64,000 nt of DNA, from positions 1,922,001 to 1,986,000 of the forward strand of contig CATNEN010000005.1 in assembly GCA_950097015.1 (NCBI GenBank). Direction: 5' to 3'. Shown piece by piece: positions 24,458 through 36,343 of the stretch. The stretch comes from Macrostomum hystrix (Eukaryota > Animalia > Platyhelminthes). Under the pieces are notes generated by a model. It saw only the letters and a list, made by a program, of their open reading frames with translations. It did not search any database and was not told the origin of the DNA. Position numbers and translations under genes: made by a program. Each line of letters starts with the position of its first letter. Within the stretch, counting starts at the first letter, position 1.

Positions 24458-27400
24458 ATGCATATCCGTAGTGTTCATTGGACAGAGCTCATTCAACTAA
24501 TAGCTTTAGTTTATTTGTCAACTATTTTTCACTGCGGTTTCGCATTGAATCTAGACAACAAATTCTACGACCTGTTTAGCCTAGCGCGCATCTACGAACT
24601 GGTGAAATTCGGCGAGACTGCCTACCTCAGAACTGCTTACCTGGATCATCACATTAACGAGGATACTGCTCGCTTGTTATACGGATTAGCTAGATCATTC
24701 GCTAGGACGACAATTAACAGCGAAGCCGACTACAATAGGTCGCCATTCTCTATAACTTCTCTAGTCGACAGCGTCTGCGGTGATAGAAGTCACTTCAATC
24801 GACACCATCACGTTAATGTTTCTTGCCACTTCCAGCATTTTGTTGTAAGTAACACTGTCATTTGCTAATTGCTGCTTTTTGCACGCCGACAAGAATCGTT
24901 GAATAATATCTCGACGACGCAGATGTCACTCCTTCCCCATTCCGTTTCATGTGTCAACATTTTTCATCGTCTTTCACTCTCTTTCTAATCCTTTTACACC
25001 CTGTTGCTTTTACACACTGTCTTACCGTCCCCATTTCACTCTGGCATTGCAAGTCTTCCGAATCCCAAACACAGACAATTATCCTTTCGTCACCATTTTA
25101 TTTCCTAACGATAGGGAACTGAAAGCAGTAATTATTTTTCCCATTTTGGGTATTAGAACTGCGTCGAAGGTGCGCTGCAGCATGCGGAGAGCTGTTTGAG
25201 CGTCAGCCCCGCCAGACGGTCAGCCTGCCCGCAGGCCGGGATTTGCGGTCAAGCCTATGATAATTTGGTCACCGCGGAGTCGCTCATTTATCTGAAACTG
25301 TCAGCCCAGTCGTCGATGCTAGATTTGGCTCAGTATCGCAATAGTACACCGGAGCAGGTAGCCGCGATGCCGAAGAAATCTTGCCTGCACGACTCCCAGT
25401 TCCTATCGGCAGTGTTCAATTTTGCCCTCTGCTCAGAACTAGGTCGACAAACCGCCTTTGTGAAGAATAGAATCATTCATCCTCTGGCTGAGCTCTTCTG
25501 CCCGGATCCTTGCCTTAAAAATCCGTGCCAACGCCAGTCTTTGCGGCATCAGCTGGTCAATACGTTGTGCTCATCGGCAGAAACTAGATGGAATAGCAGG
25601 CACATCATAGCTCATCACTGGGACGATATGGCGCTTCAGTTGCAAGAAGGACTCAAGCCGAACTATACGTAAGTTAGTAGGACACGGAGGGTCAGTGGCA
25701 GAGCGGTCTAACGCGTTTGCCTCTCGCACCAAGGTCCATGAGTTCGATTTCGCGCCGAGACCATATCCATTTGTGGCGCAGCCGCGGAGAGAAGGCTGGG
25801 GGACATGTGATGAAATTGGGCGCCAACCTCCAAGGCACAGTGAGAGTGTACACTGCCTGACGATGAGAAAGTCAGGGCAGGTGTACACACCTGTGTGAGC
25901 GTGTGCTAAGGAGTCAGCGAAATGGGCAGAATCGAGAATCGCTAATTTTCAGTTAATTACCGTCTTTTTCAGGTGCGAATGCCGCTACGGTGTTTGGTCT
26001 TCGGCGAAGCAAGCTTGCCAGCATCCCAGTGGCGGCAACTATCACAGCTGCTCGCCGACAACTTCGAATAGGCACTTCCCCTGCGACGCAGAGGGCACAT
26101 CGTTATGCTTTCAGAACAGTGATTCAGACGAAGTAACGCTTATGTGCCGCTGCAAGCACGGCTATACAGGAGTTTTCTGTCAGGAGCGCTCCAACATCTG
26201 TCAGGGTCCGATGTTTGAAGTCGATTTGCAAGGTGAGTGAGTTTCAGTGAAGTCTTATTAGCAGTAAGACCATACTATCCCCTTAGGTACAGACCACGTG
26301 ATGTTTCAAATACCCATTGCCTAATTCAGGAAAGCTTCGCGATAAAATGCACGCTTTTCGTGAAAGTCCAACACATGTATCGAGTTTTTTCGCCTTTTAC
26401 GATGAACTAAATTACCATGGCGTCGGATGTCAGCATCGTCGCAGTTATTCAACTATTGATCCATATTGGTTCAATAGTAAAGTAATTCCAATAAAAATTA
26501 TGCCTCTATTAAGGGTTTTTGCGACCAGATGCCCGACGAGAATCGTTGAATATCCCGCGATGCCGATGTTTTCATCGGGTATAGTTGAAAATGTTTTCTT
26601 GTTTTCTGGATTTTCATAGCAATTGGTTGAATCCCCATGGTCTTACTGTTAAGCTTCTGAAACAGCAAAACCACTCTGAAACTAGCTTTCTTGTTTCCCA
26701 ATTCGGTTTCCCGAATAAAGCTTTGTAAATTTCGTTGATGCAAATTATTAGGCAAGTTAAATCAAGAGAAGAGTTTTGTACCTGTTTCATCATTTGAATA
26801 TCAAAATGTATTGTCTCCGTAGTGAATTTTTCGGGAAAAACGTCGTCCTTAACTTTTTCTAAGAAACATAGTTTCTTCCCTCCCTATAGTCGACACGTGT
26901 GTGGTCGGCAAGCAGGTAAAAATTTGATTGCCTAGCAAAGCTGTACTAAGATGGATTCTGTGTTTTAGATATCCTGCGTTTAAATATTGAAATCTAATTT
27001 CCCGGTAGGTGTCTCCAGACGCATGTCTGGTAATCAGCTGTGCAACGTTAATCACGACGGTGGACCATTGCCGAATGGCACAGGTAGAACTAACGAATGC
27101 CAGCCGGATTCAGACTCCAAGTGGGGCTACAACTGCACCTGTAGGTATCCTTATAATCGAATTGTTTCGCTAATAATGGACAACTGTCTAAATGCGCATC
27201 GCGCCTGCGACTCAACTCTGTGCATCAACGGGGAGTGCATCTCGACTCTGGATCAGGCCACATTGGGCACCTGCCGCTGCGACAATGGCTGGGGCGGCCC
27301 AATGTGCAATGATCGGCTGAACGATTGGACCGTCTGGTCGGCCTGCAGCCCCGTGTGCGGCTCGAATCGAACTCGGAAGCGCGAGCGAGTTGGGGATAAC

Positions 27401-28066
27401 CATAATCCTGGCCGTATCTATGCGGAAACGGAATTGTGTCCAGACAGGTAAATTTCGACTTTTTTGGTCGTTTTTAAATCTAGGTAGTATTATTAGTAGA
27501 AAAGCTTTAGAAACTAGAAAATATAGTATCGAGCCGATATAAAACACATTTAGGCGAGATTATTAATTAATCAGTTAATCAATTGAGGATGAGCGCGAGA
27601 TAACGAGGTTTTATTTTTTATGAATGCACTAGAATAGGACATTACAGCAGACTAAGGAATAAGAAAGTTTGCGCAAATTGACAAAGAGAGAAAAGAGAAA
27701 GACAAAACGGAAAGAAATTGCAAGAGAGGGACAAGTCCATATTAGGAAATAGGCGAGAGATGAATTTATGATACCGTCAAAGTCATAGTGTTAGTAATTG
27801 CGCCCAGGCTATTCCTAGCTAGACTATGGGAATTCAAACAGTCGTACTTTTTAACTTGTACTTTACAATCATATTCCAGGAGCTGCGATGATGACACAAA
27901 TGAAGAAGACTTCATGGCCTACCAGACCCTGTTGTACTCATCCAGCGCTGACTCCGCCATACTTAGCGGCTGCGTTCTTCTGGCTCTGCTCAGCTTTGCT
28001 GGACTGCGTTTTTGGCGGCCAAAATTTAATGCCAAGCCGGGGACTAGTGCTGAAGTGGCTCGTTGA
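24458..28066 (+). CDS. Five-exon type I membrane protein, 594 aa: signal peptide, ~270-aa unrecognised Cys-containing domain, about four EGF-like modules, one thrombospondin type 1 repeat, TM helix, short tail
   Basis: Exons 24458-24844, 25157-25668, 25973-26232, 27009-27447, 27880-28066, GT-AG, phases 0,2,1,2. EGF patterns CRCKHGYTGVFC and CINGEC..CRCDNGWGGPMC; TSP1 WTVWSACSPVCGSNRTRKRER; hydrophobic AILSGCVLLALLSFAGL followed by RFWR; AATAAA at 28103. Confidence 0.88.
25690..25935 (+). mobile_element. SINE family 1, 3' truncated
   Basis: A-box-like TGGCAGAGCGGTCTAACGCG, B-box-like GAGTTCGATT, then the family body. Confidence 0.87.
26515..26640 (+). repeat. Unclassified dispersed repeat family (core CCAGAC..CGACGAGAATCGTTGAATATCTCGACGATGCC); other copies ~24880-24925, 32440-32630 (minus), 43960-44135
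   Basis: Clear homology over 100-180 bp among three copies; ends and TSD not resolved. Confidence 0.7.
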
Positions 28067-28727
28067 TAAATAACCTTACTGTCTGTCTAGGATACATAAC
28101 TAAATAAATAATGACGCAAGACTATCGATTCGAAAAAAGTACTTAAATGTTGATTTAAACAAATCAAACTATTTTTTACGATTTAAACATATCCTAGTGT
28201 GCTTTTATTGCCAGGTGTCACGAATCGAAAGTCACGTGTCATTAGACGAGTTCTTTAAGAGTGCAGCTTGATTGAATACACATTGAAATGGTAATTTAAG
28301 GCCACTATATTACCAACTAGAGTCACATGTATTCGATTTAAACGGTTTCATTTACAGCCAAAACTTTTCTGGCCTTGTTGTTCAATGAAAATTGTTTTTT
28401 TAACGTTTTTTAACGTTTTGCTTTTGTGTACCGTTAATTTTAAGGTATGCTAAATCTGACAATTTAAGTTAGGAATTCGTTAAACTATAATTCACAACAT
28501 ATTAATGGTATCTTAAGTCTTGCTTCAATGTTTTATGTCGTGTTCTAAGCGCTGTTACATCGAAAACTAAAGTATAAGAAATACGCCTTGTGGGTTTTCA
28601 AGGTCGAACGCTCCGATTGGCTAAGCGGTGTCGATCACGTGTGGGGTGTATGAAGTGCATGTAACATAATGTTAGTTGCGTCCAACAAAACCTTATTACT
28701 TGTTTGTTATTTGTTAGGCTGTATATA

Positions 28728-28912
28728 CTGTACGCAGGCACACGCTCACACAGGTGTGTACACCTGCCCTGACTTTCTCATCGTCAGGCAGTGTACACTC
28801 TCAACTGTGCCTTGTAGGTTGGCCCTCAAGGACGTAAATTGCAGGACAAGCCCCCAAGCCTTCTCTCCGCGGCTGCGCCAAATGAATGTTGCCTCGCCGC
28901 GGAATCGAGCTT
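28728..28912 (-). mobile_element. SINE family 1, central fragment
   Basis: GTGTACACCTGCCCTGACTTTCTCATCGTCAGGCAGTGTACAC and TTCTCTCCGCGGCTGCGC, matching the family body in reverse. Confidence 0.85.
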
Positions 28913-29094
28913 AGGCTCTACCACAAACCCCCTTTGTAGTCTCTTTAGCTCAGGACGTACCGATGTTGCTGTTTTGAGATTGGTACTAACAACCGAGAGG
29001 TCAGTTACTTCGACTCTAAACCCAGAAAAACCAATGTAGAGACACCGCATAGAATGTTTGCAGCAAATTTTTGCATACTTTGCATTTTTGCAGA

Positions 29095-29205
29095 CAGGGG
29101 AGAGATGAGACACGGGAGAGATGAGACACGGTAAGATTGAACACTGGAGAGATGAGACACGGTAAGATTGAACAGGGAAAAATGTGACACGGTGGGAGAT
29201 GAGTA
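29095..29205. repeat. Short GGAGAGATGAGACACGG tandem cluster related to the satellite in the 40557 MITE
   Basis: Three to five degenerate units. Confidence 0.6.
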
Positions 29206-29502
29206 ATTTTTAGCCAAAAAGTTGAAACTTTTGAACAAAGCATTTTTAATATTTTTGATTTCAAGTTATCCTATTGAATAAAGCGTTTAATCTATTTTAG
29301 CAAGCATAGTGCGCGTAGAAACTGATTAATTATTCAAAATTTAAAACTTATGCGGTAATCAAAATCTTCAATAGGAAATATCAACTTTATATCTATTCAA
29401 TGTGTAAGTGAAACTGAAACAATCGTCTATTGAACCAGTCAAAAGCGACTTGATCGCATCAGTAACAGTAGCATCATGTCTATGTATCCAAGTTGATTAA
29501 AA

Positions 29503-32500
29503 TCAAACATTATTCGAGGAGCGAACTCGAAGCTGTCGAACTAAGAAAAAACCGCCAACTAGCATACCAGCAGCAACTAGAATAGCCATGACAGACAGAA
29601 CTACCACAGGTGCCTTCTGACTGTTGCGCGGACCTCTGTCGTCATCCTCACTGGCTGGGCCAATCACATTGATGCCCAAGACTTTCAGCTCGTCAGCTGA
29701 CGGCTTCAAAGTTGGATCGTCCATTGCGATCACGTTTGATACTGAGCCGGTAATGTTTGACGCTGACACACCTGCCACCGCCAGGTAAACTTGACCAACA
29801 CCCAACGAAGCAACGTGACTAAATATATTTGGAGAACTCTCAGAGCTGGTTAAGAGTTCCATGCTTGATGAGAAGTTGACCAGTAAGTATTCAGATGACA
29901 TTGCGTATCGAATCGTGTAAACTGGAACAACTGACAATGGGGGGAGTGTTTGCATAATTGTATAAAAGCTTGAAAACTAAATTCATAGGGCACTGAACAG
30001 TAGAACTACCAAGGGGGGGCATCCCCCTGACAATTATTTGTGCTGCACCCGAACAGAGCAACGCAAGCACACGAAACTCAAGAAAACAGGCCTATTTTTT
30101 GCGCATCTTCTGAAACAAGAATCAAGTTGTCAGCCCTTCAGAGCGTCTAGATATTCAACAGTTCTGGCTGTTGAAAGTAAAAAAAATGTAATAAGAGCTA
30201 TAGTGTTTTTCATTCACCCATATAGAAAAATTTGCACAGCACCTGAGTGTGTCCTTCAAACTTTATCAGCACGTCACCCGAATGTGCCTGGATCATCTCC
30301 GACTTCGGTGGTCACCGACCTCTATCTCGACAGAGCTGCTGGTCCTTCAACAAGTAATAGTTGAGTTTAGGCCAATATCGAGGCTTGATCAGTAAAAGTA
30401 TAGAAATTCGCTTTTTGGACTCCTAGCCAGATCGAGGCACCCTGCTGGCGGTGCTGATGGCATCGGGGTGGTGATTGATTGGTTGACAGACTAGGCGAGG
30501 GTCCTGTGGTTGAGCTTCGCCCAATATTTTAGGCTTGATCTGCGAAATGGTAGAACTTTGCCTCAATGTGTCCATAATCAGCTGGTGCCACTTGTTGGAG
30601 GTTCAGCTGCTCCTTCTAGATAATGGTCGGTGACCACCGAAGTCGGAGATGATGCAGGCACATTCGAGTGATGTGCTGAAAAAGTTTGAAGGCCTGGCAA
30701 GGCCGCAATACTGAGGCGCAGTGCAAATTTTTGTATTGGCAATTGTGTATTGTGTATTGGCGATGTGGAATTAAGTGCTTCTTGTACAAAAAATGTTCTA
30801 TAGGCGAAGATTCGAACTTCCGACCTCTCGGTCATAGGTCTCAGTCATAAGCAATTTACCCTTACCATCTCCAGGAGCCAGCAGACCAGATGGATCTTCA
30901 ACTGGCGTCCAAGATAATAGCGCAGTATTTTTCGAAAGGTTGACATTCAAGCTCAGATCGACAATCCGACCAGGCGGTGTTTGGCGCCGATCAAACTGTC
31001 TACTGCTGGCAACAATCGTCAGCTTGCCGGCCGAGGTGACTCGACTAATCGGATGCGTGCTGATCACCGAAACTGAATAGTCTCGAGCGGTTAACACTGC
31101 TTCTGCTGGCACTAGGCCCGAGTAAGTGCCATCGTTTGCTAGTAAGTCGGCACCTGAGACACGTACAGGTCGAAGTGTGGGCCAGTGCTGTGACTGGGCA
31201 ATGACTCAAACGAGCATTGATAATCTCGTAGTAAAAATCGCAGGAGGGTTGTAGGCAATGACACATCATTTGGTGACACTAGACACGCAGCCAGCGAGGA
31301 GGCAATTCTGCCCATTCTGCAATTCTGCACAGGGGTGCCCTTTCTCATCTTCAGACAGTGTACACTCTCATTGTGCCTTGGAGGTTGGCCCTCAAGGGCG
31401 TAAATTGCACGACAAGGCCCTCAAGCCTTCTCTCCGCGGCTGCGCCCCAAATAAATGTGGCCTCGCAGCGGAATCGAGCTCAGGGATCTTGGTGCGAGAG
31501 GCTGACGCGTTAGTCTGCTCTGCCACTCACCACCCTGTGGTACCCCCCAGTAATGTATTGCAGCTTCCTGTGCCTGAAGATCACAGGTAGGTTTAAGATG
31601 GGAACTTGATTAGAGTAGTTACAGTAAAAATTCGTGTTGTGGACATTGCTGACTGTAAGGTCTTTCGCTTTGGGATCTCTTCTCAACTTCCGTATGCGTC
31701 AGCGTCAATTTTTTTTGGTCTTACCAGCCCCATTATCGGTGAGGTTGAATCGAGCAACCAAGCCTTCGTTTGACCTGACAGCAGCAAACACTCGCGCGCT
31801 TAGCACTGGAGAGTAGCCCTGAAGCAAGCGTGCATAGACTCCAATTCGAGTTGTCTCTGTTACCAGCTGAACCTTGGAGGGAAGGACGAACCCACTGAGA
31901 GCAGTTGGAAGCTCCTGCTTAGTAGCAGAACCTCCGGTTGCCGGTTTTCCAGTGACAACAATCAGGCCGCTGTTGACGGCACTCGTGTTTCGTCGCCATC
32001 GGCGTCTGACATGTAGCTCACGTTTTATCCTGACGGTCAGGTTTTCAATTGTCCAGCGTCCGACCTTTATAAGGAACAGAATGAGCTTTAATTTTAACGT
32101 TTTAAAAAACTTTTCACTCTAACAAATTAAGGTCTGAGCATCGAACCTCGATGCCAGCGTCAGGAATTCTTATGGACAGAGTGCCCGAGGCAGAATCGAC
32201 ACTGCACACGGCGTTGTTTCCACCTGTACAGTTGAACCTTCTACCGCTGGGAGATCGCACCGACACGCGAAGGCTTGAAGCCAGGTTGGGCTGGGCAGGA
32301 AATGACAGCGCGAAGGCCAGGTCTCGTCGGATCGAAGCGTCAATGCTGATTTCTAAGCGACCCTGAAAATCTGGCTGAATCTCTTGCGTAACCAGCTGTG
32401 GGGTAAAGTAGTGATGGAGCAGTGAATTAACACTAGAAAGACCTAGGGGTCCAAATACCCACATTTTTTTTGTATCTCTAAAATACTCATATTCAACCAA

Positions 32501-35500
32501 TCGCCATGAAAATTCAGAACACGGGGCAAATATTTTCCCCTTGATCCTGTTAAAAAAACTTCCAGAATCACTAAACATCGGCATCGTCGAGATATTCAAC
32601 GATTCTCGTCGGGGTGTCTGGTGGAAAAAAAACAAATTTAGGCAAAAATGTTCTTTTCGAAAAACTTCATCGTGTAATCATGTCGGCTATCATTATTGAC
32701 TATCGTTGTTTGGGAGCTATCGAAATGTAGGCAGTGTGTTTTTGAAATACCCTCGTAGTCTTTTCCCATGGGGGAAAATAGTGTGGTATTTGTATTGTTA
32801 AAGTAGGTTAGCAAAATTTAATTAACAAAATCGAATAAAATATTCAAAAGCGCCATGAAGAAGTCGTATTTATTAAGTTACTTTAAGTTATAAGACCAGC
32901 AAGACCAGCAAGACCACGCTCTATCCTAGTGGTTAGAGCGTCGGACTCACAACTTAAAGGTCGGGGGTTCGATCCACAGCAAAGACCGACTGAAATGACG
33001 CTTATATGAAATCATATGAGTCAACATTTCCTGTCTCTGTTGTGTATCTGTTGTTGTGTTTTTCACAAAACGTGGTTTCTTAAACTACCTAAAAAATCGC
33101 AAGAATTTGTTATTTTATGCGCGTATACAGACTGGAATTTCGAGAGCTTAATCAAAGTTTTTAGGAGTCAATTTGATACTTCGAAGACACCATAGCAACA
33201 GGTGAAGCACATGCAAAGTAAATAAAAGCAGGCCATGCAGTTTCCAAGAGCTCACTGTGATGGTCCTGTCTGACGCAGACAAGCCAGCGGTGGTGCTGCC
33301 AAGCGACAGTCGGAGGCTAGCTGCTGCCAACCCGCCAGCCGAGCCCGTGCCGGCTGCTTCGCCGAAGAACTGGCGCCCGCCAGTGACCTCAGCTAGGCGC
33401 GACATTCTCGGATCCGCCTGATCGCCGTATCGAATCGACACCACCTCCAGGCTGGTGTTAGAGAGCGCACCCATGACCAAGTCCAACTCTTGGGAGCAGC
33501 CCTCCTGTCCGTCTGAGAGCAGAATTATCTGGCCCGTTGAACGACGGTTCGGTTGGCCTGGCTGCACGCCCAGCAGCTGCAACATTGTTTAGCATACAGG
33601 TTTAACAGATAGAACAGAAATGGTACAGATTTTTCTGTCCAGCGTCGATCTCACGACTGAAGGTTCGATACAAGACCACTTGAACAATTTGTGTCCTTTA
33701 ACTCTGATACTAAACCCTGAATTGCTTCAGTTCACTCAGCTGCTCAATCGGTACCAGCATAAGCTGGGGAAATCGAGCGTGGGTGTGGAGTTAACCCCAG
33801 TCCATGGACTGAACAGCCGTACGCAATGCATCCACTTTCATGCAAGAAATAATACTCACTTTCATTGCCTCCATAACAGCAGCACCGATACAGGTGCCTC
33901 CATGGGCTGAGAGATGCGATACCAACTGAACTAAATGCTGCCTAGCAGCAGGTGAGTCTAGAACGAAAAAGTTCTGAAGCACAGTGGCCTTCTCGTTGAA
34001 GCTTATAAGGGCGCATTCGGATCCGTTTTCTAGCACTTCGGTTAGGAACAGGTTGACTGCGCCAATCATGTTGGTTATTCTGTTATCCTGAAAAATACGG
34101 TTAGTTAAAATGACAACTTGAAACGCTGATAGAAGTACTGAGCGAAGCAGGGCCCCCACGAATTTTGATGATAAATCCTTGGTCAAGGACACCGCAGGCT
34201 ATGAAAACGTGCCCTCAAATCCATGGTGGCAGCCTCGAAATGCATGCTTGTTGCCTTCCAAATCATTAGTGGCAGTTCCTAGGCCGCGGTTGTCCAATAA
34301 AAATCCTTATTGGACGGTAGAGACACTGTTTCCCAGAACAACTCACAGTCCCCATGCTGCCGGACGTGTCCATGACAACGACAACGCGTCGCCTATCCGT
34401 CTCTGCGACTAGTTGAAAATCGACTTTGGCGGTTCCAGTTGATAGACCCGCCTGTTTATAGTCGCTGTGCAATCGAACAATTTCCGCCGCACTGAGCTGC
34501 CCGCAGTGCCTATTCAACAGGTTGTCGGCGCCTCTGTTGTGCACCAGCTTAGGATTCGACGAGGCCACCATGACAGGGGAATCGCAAAACCTGGCAACTC
34601 CGGCACTGTAAGGCGAGAATAGAAATGACGCAGCCTGTGATTCTGGCGATTCAGTCACCACAATGCTGCAGTTCGCGCTGAACTCTTTTGTTTCTAGATT
34701 TAGATCGCAACGTTGACCATCCCTGCTGCCACCAGCTATCCTGAACTCGCTACTCAGCGTTGGACTGCACGAAGCGGCTCTGTACTGTGGCTTTCGTCCC
34801 GGAGTAACGACCGTCTGCAGTAAGTTGTTCCGAATTGGTGCTTCACTCAACAGGCCCCATCGGTACTGCGAGAAGTACAGGGCTAGGCGACGACCCACTG
34901 CGCAATAGTGGATGCATGGTAATGTGGAGTTAGTTGGCACTGTACCAGTGCAATGAAACTAATAATACGTACCATAATATCAAACTTTGGCACATAAATA
35001 GTTTAGATCGTGCTACAAAGAAATAAATTATATTTTTTCACTTTTATGCTACTGGACAATGATATTTCATAATTAAAAGCGTTCTCAATTTTAACAGTAT
35101 ACATATTTGTATTAGTAAAATGAAACATTTCTGCTGCAGTGCTTGGTGTTTTACGCACTTCTACGTTCTAACAGTTGGTGCTATCATTCATTGTCATCGA
35201 AGCGGGTTCTTTTTATCTTTTATAGTCTTCAAAAGACCAGAAACACCAAAGCTACATAAATGTTACCTGTAGTACGCGTCGCCTGTGGCTTGAATTTTTC
35301 ATTGGATAAGGTTTTATCACGACTGAACTTGGAAAATGTATACCTAAGTATTAGAACTATAATGTGCTGTTATTGCATGGGTACCAATATTTAAAAGAAT
35401 ATGTGGTTGTCGTGACTATAGTTACCAATGAGTCTTTGCAGTCGGATACCGTCTCTTAGTAGCCCAAGGGAAGTTAGTGGTTTGAGTTCTGGAGCGGTCG

Positions 35501-36343
35501 GAAGTCCCAATCTCAAGTGCCCAAGAGATGAGCCCAAAATAAGCTAAGAGAAGCTCGTACGAGCCGTACTTCAGTCCTGAGGAACATAGCTTGCTATCAT
35601 CAGCAATAGCCAAGTTAATGGGTGTGGCGGCCTCCCCCAGTCCCTGGACTGAACAGCTGTACGCAGTCTTGAGAGCCGATAAGCTGCGACTATTATATTT
35701 CGTCACAAATTTAATCACATATACCCATGGCTAGGTTGGCCACAACTCACGCAGATCGCTGATCTCGGGTGCTAAACTCTCAGCCGCCAGTATAACCCGC
35801 AGCCCGGGCTGGCCGCATGCTGCCACCACCGAGACTGGGCCTTCGTTGCGGATGGTCACATCCGGGGTGACAAAGAAGTCGGCTCGATCGCGGCGTTGCC
35901 AGCTGGCTGGCTGGGGGTTCAGCCAGGTGTCGCTGCTAGAAGTGGCCTGGGCTAGCCGACGGCCCAGCCGAGCGGACACCAGCACAGTGACGTCGCCAAA
36001 GTTCCATCGGTGACCGACTCCCGCGGTTAGCGTCGATATTACGTTAGAAGTCTGCTCAAAGCCGGTCTGTTTGAACACAACAAAAAACTACCGGGTTGAA
36101 ATCCCCCGTCATACTTCCAACTGTTAATATTTGTTATAATTTTACAATGTCGCATACCTTTAAACTTTGTAGCTGCTGTACATAATGCTCTATAGGCCGC
36201 TCAGCAAAGGATTCTTCTTCTAAGAACACCAGAAGTTTTCTGTATCGTCCGTCAATTAATTGAAGTTCGCTTGACACTGCTGAGACAATTGTTGGATGAA
36301 AACTTGCAGATGTTAAAAGGACAAAGATTATTAGATTATTCAT
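29503..36343 (-). CDS. CLCA-family (calcium-activated chloride channel regulator-like) protein, 968 aa, nine exons: signal peptide, degenerate metallohydrolase domain, vWA, beta-sheet domain, FN3, C-terminal TM
   Basis: Exons (minus) 36343-36158, 36066-35751, 34897-34347, 34087-33860, 33576-33256, 32395-32147, 32064-31725, 31153-30866, 29930-29503; phases consistent, 2907 nt total. CLCA hallmarks: YRWG, VVVVMDTSGSMG (MIDAS), GGTCIG, IILLSDGQE, LAEVTGG, YARLLQGYSPVLSARV, LTDNGAGADLLANDGTYS, PPGRIVDL; TM VVVLSVMAILVAAGMLVGGFFLV. Confidence 0.92.
30253..30692. repeat. Foldback/MITE-like element with ~100-bp inverted arms in the last CLCA intron
   Basis: Arm 30253-30355 matches the reverse complement of 30590-30692 (shared ATCATCTCCGACTTCGGTGGTCACCGACC); internal ~50-bp direct repeats at ~30361 and ~30510. 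Confidence 0.75.
31238..31530 (-). mobile_element. SINE family 1, near full length
   Basis: Head, body and 3' hairpin region all present in reverse orientation, in a CLCA intron. Confidence 0.87.
32918..32995 (+). mobile_element. tRNA-like SINE head, third family (anticodon-loop-like CTCACAA)
   Basis: CCTAGTGGTTAGAGCGTCGGACTCACAACT..GGTTCGATCC; stems do not close as in a real tRNA; second copy at 38375-38458. Confidence 0.6.

Noticed and set aside
25855-25880. CTGACGA..GAAA..GTC hammerhead-like core in SINE family 1
   Set aside because: Only 3 nt lie between the core motifs (no stem II), no stem III can form, and the stem I closing pair mismatches.
30578-30835. Possible extra CLCA exon
   Set aside because: The in-phase reading hits a stop and overlaps the foldback element; exon 8 joins 29930 in phase and gives a normal FN3 domain.
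32918-32995. Possible tRNA-Val(CAC) genes here and at 38375-38458, plus a tRNA-like trace near 30810-30850
   Set aside because: Acceptor and anticodon stems do not pair; treated as SINE heads.
35422-35718. 98-aa minus-strand ORF between CLCA exons 2 and 3
   Set aside because: Exon 2 splices in phase directly to 34897 and restores the CLCA alignment; the ORF has no family similarity.
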